Positions 48,197 through 53,084 of a stretch of DNA of 53,084 nucleotides are shown here, in pieces. Source of the stretch: Armatimonadota bacterium (GTDB taxonomy: Bacteria; Armatimonadota; Fimbriimonadia; Fimbriimonadales; GBS-DC); contig JAUQOS010000004.1 of assembly GCA_030550775.1 (NCBI GenBank), forward strand, positions 1-53,084, written 5' to 3'. Both the position numbers and the translations under genes were made by a program. Below the pieces are notes generated by a model that was not told where the DNA came from, ran no database searches, and saw only the letters and a program-made list of their open reading frames with translations. Position 1 is the first letter of the stretch. Every line of letters begins with the position of its first letter.

Positions 48197-50350
48197 GTGC
48201 GGGCGGTTGGGTTGCTGATGGCGTTGCTAATGCTGGCTGCGCTTGCTCAGCAAGATGAGCCAGTACAGTTCGAAACTGCCAAGTCGCTCCGCTATGATAG
48301 CGCTGCCGACCGTGCGGAAGGCGAGCAAGTGGTTCTGCGCTGGCGTAGCTATGTGTTGGAAGGCACACGGCTGTTGGGCAGCCCACGCACAGGCGAGTTC
48401 CGATTTTTCGGGGGCGTGCGCTTGCAAGGCGAGGGCGTGCTGGCGACGGGCGACGAGCTGCTGCTTTTTCCGCGCGAGCGACGCTGGCTGCTGCGCAACG
48501 GCACCAGCACCTTGGAACCCAGCTTTATAGGAAATCGCCTGCTGCAAAGCCTTCACCTCACGGGCGCGCTGCTGGAGGGCGTGCAAAACCGCGTTCACGC
48601 TGAACGGTGTACCGCCACGACCTGCGACTTAGACCACCCCCACTTCCACTGGAGCGCGGCTACTTTGGATGCGACGGCGGGCGACCGCGCCATTTTGCGC
48701 GATGTGCGCCTGCAGATTCTGGGGCGCACGGTGTTGCGCCTGCCGTATGTGGCAGTGCCTCTGCGCGAGGGCGACGACTCGCCCCTGCCTGATGTGGGCT
48801 ACACCGAAGAGGAGGGCTTCTACATCCGCTATGCGATGGCGTATCTGTTGGCGCAGGGCGCGCTGGGCAGTGCGCGCTTTGATCTGATGCAACGACGCGG
48901 CTTAGGCATCAATCTACTCCAAAACTACGCACGCGGCAGCCTCAATCTGTATCTGCTACGCGACAACGCTCAGCGCAGCGACTCGCTCACGGGGCGATGG
49001 CAACACGGGCAAAACTTCGGCGCGGTGCAAACCCGTTGGAGCGCCGAGTTCCGTCGCAACAGTTACCTGCTGTTTCGCGACAACACCGCGTGGAACTGGC
49101 GCACCGACTGGACGCTGCCCACCCCCACAGGGCTATTGCGCCTGAGCCTTGCCGAAACCCGTAACCGCACAGGCAGCTTCGAGAACCTCCAGCGCACATT
49201 CGCCCTCCAAGACACGCGCACCCTCGGACGCCTGCAAACCGACCTCTCGGGCGAGTACTTGGAGCAGGAGAATCGGTTTTTCGATGGGCGTCGCGGCGAT
49301 CGGCAGTGGAATCTGCGCGGCAACCTACGCTATCTGCTGGAGCGCGAGGTCAGTCTGCAACTGGATTTTGAGCGGTTCTTACCAGTGGGGCAGTCGCAAG
49401 TGTTTGGCGGGCTGGAACGCTTACCAGAGTTGAGCCTTGTGGCGTCGGCGCGTGGCTTGGGACTACCCGTGCCCGATTCGCAACTGCGCCTAAGCGTCGG
49501 GCGCTACACGGAGGGCTTTCGGACCCGCCTCACGCGTGAGCGATACGCCTTGGAATGGCAAGGTCGGCTGGGAACCCACCGCGAACGCACCCCACGCCCA
49601 ACCACTTTTTGGAGCTATCGCTTCCGTCAAACCTTTTACAGCGACGACACCGCCCAATACGTGCTGCAGTCAGTGTTGGAGCAGACACTATCGGTAGGCG
49701 CACGCTCACAAGTTAACCTGCGCTGGAACTATTTGCGCCCCTACGGCTACAGCCCGCTTGGCTTAGACCGCACGGGCACCTACAACCTGCTCAGTGGCGA
49801 ACTGCAATTGGTATTCGGCGGGGGCTGGACACTGGGGGCACAGACCAGCTACGATCTGCTGGCTACCGACAGACAGCGCGACCCCTGGAGCGTGCTGAAC
49901 TTGAACCTGGAGTATCAGCCTGCCGATTGGCTGCGCTGGCGCACACAACTTAGTTATGACCCCAACCGCGAACGCTGGCGCAGCCTCCAAACCGACTTGC
50001 GCTGGCAATTTGGCGATTCGCGCTTAGCGTTCGCCGCTCGCTACGATCCTGAGCGCGCCAAGTGGGGTAGCGCGTTCTTGCGCGTAGACGCGCTCAAGTG
50101 GGGTCGCTCGCGGATTTCGTTCCTTACGCAATACAACGGCTACCTAAACCGTTTCGAGTCGCGCCAAGCCTTGTGGGTCTACGACTTGCACTGCGCCGAG
50201 CTGGAGGTGCGCTACATTGACAACCCCTACGGTTTTCGGCGCGATACGGGGCTGCAGATTTTCATTCGCTTGAAGGCGTTGCCGAGCTTCTCGCGCTTTG
50301 GCTACGGGCAGCTGGGGCAACCTGTGGGCAGCTTGGGGGCGGACTTCTAA
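48197..50350 (+). CDS. LptD/OstA-like outer-membrane protein
   Basis: Signal peptide, jellyroll-like N-domain with ATTC...HPHF, LP..GY...EG.Y, long amphipathic beta region, terminal Phe. Confidence 0.7.
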   Translation: MRAVGLLMALLMLAALAQQDEPVQFETAKSLRYDSAADRAEGEQVVLRWRSYVLEGTRLLGSPRTGEFRFFGGVRLQGEGVLATGDELLLFPRERRWLLRNGTSTLEPSFIGNRLLQSLHLTGALLEGVQNRVHAERCTATTCDLDHPHFHWSAATLDATAGDRAILRDVRLQILGRTVLRLPYVAVPLREGDDSPLPDVGYTEEEGFYIRYAMAYLLAQGALGSARFDLMQRRGLGINLLQNYARGSLNLYLLRDNAQRSDSLTGRWQHGQNFGAVQTRWSAEFRRNSYLLFRDNTAWNWRTDWTLPTPTGLLRLSLAETRNRTGSFENLQRTFALQDTRTLGRLQTDLSGEYLEQENRFFDGRRGDRQWNLRGNLRYLLEREVSLQLDFERFLPVGQSQVFGGLERLPELSLVASARGLGLPVPDSQLRLSVGRYTEGFRTRLTRERYALEWQGRLGTHRERTPRPTTFWSYRFRQTFYSDDTAQYVLQSVLEQTLSVGARSQVNLRWNYLRPYGYSPLGLDRTGTYNLLSGELQLVFGGGWTLGAQTSYDLLATDRQRDPWSVLNLNLEYQPADWLRWRTQLSYDPNRERWRSLQTDLRWQFGDSRLAFAARYDPERAKWGSAFLRVDALKWGRSRISFLTQYNGYLNRFESRQALWVYDLHCAELEVRYIDNPYGFRRDTGLQIFIRLKALPSFSRFGYGQLGQPVGSLGADF

Positions 50351-50408
50351 GCCTCAAATGATGCCAAGTGCCTCTCCCACTCGGGAGGGGCACTGCGCAG
50401 AGGATTGA

Positions 50409-51100
50409 TCAGGCGGCTTCGATGTTGAAGTGGCTCAGCACATTCCGCACCTGGGTGTGGAACTCAGCTGATAAGGGTACAACGCTCTCCCACGACCTGA
50501 GCGTAGTAGCCCTGTTTTCTATGAACCCCCTCCTTCAGGTTCCCCCTACGTAGTAGGGGGAACCGAGCGAGCTTTTCGGTTTCCCTCGCAAAGCGGGGGG
50601 AAACCTTACGGAGGGGGTAAGGCGGTCGGTGGAGCTAAATCGGTCGCTGGGACAGCCGCGTTGAATCCAAGCGTTGCACCCTTATCAGGTGGAACTCGGA
50701 CGGCGAGGGGTTATTCCAGATGATGTAGCCCGGGCACCTGTCTCACGCTGCCACTGGGATGCTTGTGAGGCGAACTGATGGGCACAATCAGGAAGAACGG
50801 GGTCTGTGGGGAAGTGTTGCCCACTTGGCTGACAAACACTCGCGCGTTGAAGTTGTCCGCTTGCCCCGACAGGGAAGCCCAGAACACGAACACGGCGCTC
50901 CAGTTGCCACTTTGGAACTCGTTTAGCGTGCTGGTTGTGTTCGAAGTGGTGCTCACATACCAGCTAGACGGCGTCGTGGCATCAAAAGAGCGGGTTAGCT
51001 CCTGCTCTGCCAGTTGCGAAAAGCACGCGCTGTATCCTGCGACCTCCTTCACCAGTTTGGTTGCGCGCAAGCCTGCAAAAATTGTCGGCGTGATGGTCAG
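50409..51100 (-). pseudogene. Disrupted gene fragment (frameshift + MITE insertion), possibly pseudo-receiver domain
   Basis: ORF 50711-51070 lacks a good start. After a 1-nt shift near 50730 and MITE removal the frame reads GYIIWNNPSPSEFHTQVRNVLSHFNIEAA to TGA at 50409. Confidence 0.5.
50468..50688. mobile_element. MITE family A copy 2 (221 bp, opposite orientation)
   Basis: TIRs CTGATAAGGGTACAACGC / GCGTTGCACCCTTATCAG (17/18); flanks GTGGAACTCAG / GTGGAACTCGG; hairpin cassette 50524-50618. Confidence 0.88.
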
Positions 51101-51164
51101 TTTTCCTCAGGGGTCTGCGGGGAGAATAAAGGGAATTTGAGTTTTGCGGGGAACCTTAGCCCCG

Positions 51165-52064
51165 ATGCAAGTGTTGTTTGCGGCAACTTGGTGGTTTGGG
51201 CGCATCGCGGTGGAGGCAGCGGTGCGCCAGTGGCGAGAGTCGCAGGTGGATGACTCGGCGTTGCGCCTACTGGAGGCGGTGGTGGAAGGCGCGGCAGCGG
51301 TAGAGCGCGATCCCAGTGTGCTGTCGGTGGGCTACGGCGGGCTACCGAATCGCGACGGCGAGGTAGAGTTGGATGCTGCCCTTATGGAAGGGGCACAGTT
51401 GCGTGCGGGGGCGGTGGCGAGCCTACGCGGTTTCCTGCCTGCGATTTACCTTGCCCGCGCTGTGATGGAACAAACACCCCACCTGATGCTGGTAGGCGAA
51501 GGCGCTGCGCGGTTCGCTCTCCAACAGGGCTACGAACCGCAACAGTTGCTCACCCCCGAATCGCTGCGCCGCTGGCAAGAGTGGCGTCAGCAGCGCAGTG
51601 CACCCAAAGAAGTTTCCGCTGAACGCGCTGTATCACACGACACAGTGGGCGTGTTGGGTTGGCACGCGGGGCATCTGGTAGTCGCTTGCACCACCAGCGG
51701 GCTGGCGTGGAAAATGCCCGGCAGAGTGGGCGACTCGCCGATTGTGGGTGCGGGCTTATACGCCGACAACGAGGCGGGCGCAGCCGTGTGCACAGGCATC
51801 GGTGAGTACATCTGGCGGTTCGCGTTAGCCAGCCGCGTCGTGGAGGCGATGCGCGCGGGCTACACCGCCCAACAGGCGTGCCAACGCAGCGTTGAGTTCA
51901 TGCTACGCCGCCTGCCCGAAGTCGCCGAGCGCCAGTGCGCCGTAATCGCCATCCGCGCCGACGGCGACTTCGGACTGGCAGCCACTCAGCCCGAGCGATT
52001 CGAAGCGTACATCGCACGCGACAGCGAGATTGAACGAATCACGATTCACACACCCGGCAGCTAA
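51165..52064 (+). CDS. Ntn-hydrolase asparaginase type 2 (glycosylasparaginase / isoaspartyl peptidase)
   Basis: SVGYGGLPNRDGEVELDA, autocleavage HD|TVG, TSG..K.PGRVGDSP..GAG.YAD, TG.GE. Confidence 0.93.
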   Translation: MQVLFAATWWFGRIAVEAAVRQWRESQVDDSALRLLEAVVEGAAAVERDPSVLSVGYGGLPNRDGEVELDAALMEGAQLRAGAVASLRGFLPAIYLARAVMEQTPHLMLVGEGAARFALQQGYEPQQLLTPESLRRWQEWRQQRSAPKEVSAERAVSHDTVGVLGWHAGHLVVACTTSGLAWKMPGRVGDSPIVGAGLYADNEAGAAVCTGIGEYIWRFALASRVVEAMRAGYTAQQACQRSVEFMLRRLPEVAERQCAVIAIRADGDFGLAATQPERFEAYIARDSEIERITIHTPGS

Positions 52065-53084
52065 GCAACAACTCGCGGTTGAACTCCTGAGCGGCGTTGA
52101 TGCTGTACTGGTAGTAAAGCGACTTCAGCCCCAGCTCAGCTGCCTGCAACACCAACAGGTTAATGTCGCGCACAGGCGTTTCGGGGTGAATCATTAGGTT
52201 CAGCGACTGGCCCTGATCGATATAGCGCTGCCGCTGGGAGGCTTGCTGCACCAGCGTCATCTGTGAGATTTCACTGAAGGTCTTAAACACATCGCGCTCC
52301 TCGTCGCTCAAGAAATCCAAGTGCTGTACCGAGCCATCATGCGCTGCGATGCTCTGCCAAATCTCGTCGGTATCCTTACCCCGCTCGCGCAACACCTGCT
52401 GCAGGTACGGATTCTTGAAGGTGGTCTTCACCTTCGCGAGGTCCTTCACGTGGTAGTTGCTCATATACGGCTCGATGGAGGGCGAGACTTGCCCCAAGAT
52501 GAAGGAGGACGATTTTGTGGGCGCAATCGCCAGTAAAGTGGTGTTGCGCCGCCCGTAGCCCGAAAGGTACTCTGGCTCGCCAAACCGACGTGCCAGATCC
52601 ATTGAGGCATCGTACGCGCGTTCGTAAATCGTACGGAAAATCTCGGCGTTCAAGCGATAAGCATCCATGCTCTCTATCGGAATACGCTTGGATTGTAAAT
52701 ACGAATGCCATCCAAGCACACCCATGCCAAGCGCACGATGACGCACCGCAAAATTATACGCCCGCTGCATAAACGGAATATCCTTTACACGACGAATGAA
52801 ATCCTCCATCACCGCATCCAAGAAGAACACCAGCGTCTCCACCGCATCGGTGTCCTTCCATTCGTCGTAGTGCAACAGGTTCAGCGAAGACAAACAGCAG
52901 ACAAAGCTCTCGTCCTCACTGGAGGGAAGCATGATTTCTGTGCAGTTGGAGGTGATAATCCCATCACAGACCCACACATGCTCGTCCGTGTAAACCGTGC
53001 AGCAGTAAACATCTTCCTTGCCAGCATACTCTACCGAAACCACTTCGTCCCAGGCGCGATGCTGAGCCAAACCCTGCAAGTCGC
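52039..53084 (-). CDS. nrdA: Class Ia ribonucleotide reductase alpha subunit, 3' part (5' outside window), intein-containing
   Basis: CTEI, FVCCLSSLNL, LGMGVLGWHSYLQ, AIAPTKSSS, IDQGQSLN, KSLYY, terminal CRVCES. Confidence 0.93.
   Translation of the reverse strand, partial: DLQGLAQHRAWDEVVSVEYAGKEDVYCCTVYTDEHVWVCDGIITSNCTEIMLPSSEDESFVCCLSSLNLLHYDEWKDTDAVETLVFFLDAVMEDFIRRVKDIPFMQRAYNFAVRHRALGMGVLGWHSYLQSKRIPIESMDAYRLNAEIFRTIYERAYDASMDLARRFGEPEYLSGYGRRNTTLLAIAPTKSSSFILGQVSPSIEPYMSNYHVKDLAKVKTTFKNPYLQQVLRERGKDTDEIWQSIAAHDGSVQHLDFLSDEERDVFKTFSEISQMTLVQQASQRQRYIDQGQSLNLMIHPETPVRDINLLVLQAAELGLKSLYYQYSINAAQEFNRELLLSCRVCES
52945..53084 (-). mobile_element. C-terminal end of an intein in NrdA
   Basis: VVSVEYAGKEDVYCCTV...HVWVCDGIITSN|C: block F/G pattern, with Asn followed by the catalytic Cys of NLCxE as +1 residue. 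Confidence 0.9.

Noticed and set aside
12025..50688. Dispersed palindromes as a CRISPR array
   Set aside because: No regularly spaced direct repeats with unique spacers and no cas genes.
46362..52064. 26-nt convergent 3' overlaps (rfbB/SLC13 and asparaginase/nrdA)
   Set aside because: Short tail-to-tail overlaps are common in compact GC-rich genomes; the equal length is probably coincidence.

Overview
GC-rich bacterial chromosomal window, mostly housekeeping genes. The SLH-porin, LptD-like protein, Deinococcus/Thermus-type HerA and gene style suggest a diderm Terrabacteria genome, possibly Armatimonadota (inference only). Genes: MCP, nfeD, cdsA, two SLC13/DASS transporters, a 2-oxoacid dehydrogenase E1a/E1b/E2 operon, nrdR-nrdJ (consensus promoter, tandem NrdR boxes), orphan rpmA, a LeuT-like NSS transporter with an unannotated 37-aa small subunit, ftsK, purD, a HerA-VWA-SWIM cluster, rpsO-pnp, glmS, a stand-alone SelB C-terminal winged-helix protein, dnaB, trmD, GH5/GHL10, rfbB, an Ntn asparaginase and the 3' part of an intein-containing class Ia nrdA. 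No CRISPR, tRNA, rRNA or transposase was seen. The strongest unexplained signals are non-coding: (1) a candidate sRNA at 8278-8432 whose terminator loop resembles the 16S anti-Shine-Dalgarno tail; (2) MITEs in which one branched palindromic cassette sits in different TIR/TSD shells; (3) a recurrent GGTAYMMT -10-like motif with probable leaderless and back-to-back divergent promoters; (4) a long RNA hairpin leader on rpsO. All calls come from reading motifs by eye; no database searches were run.
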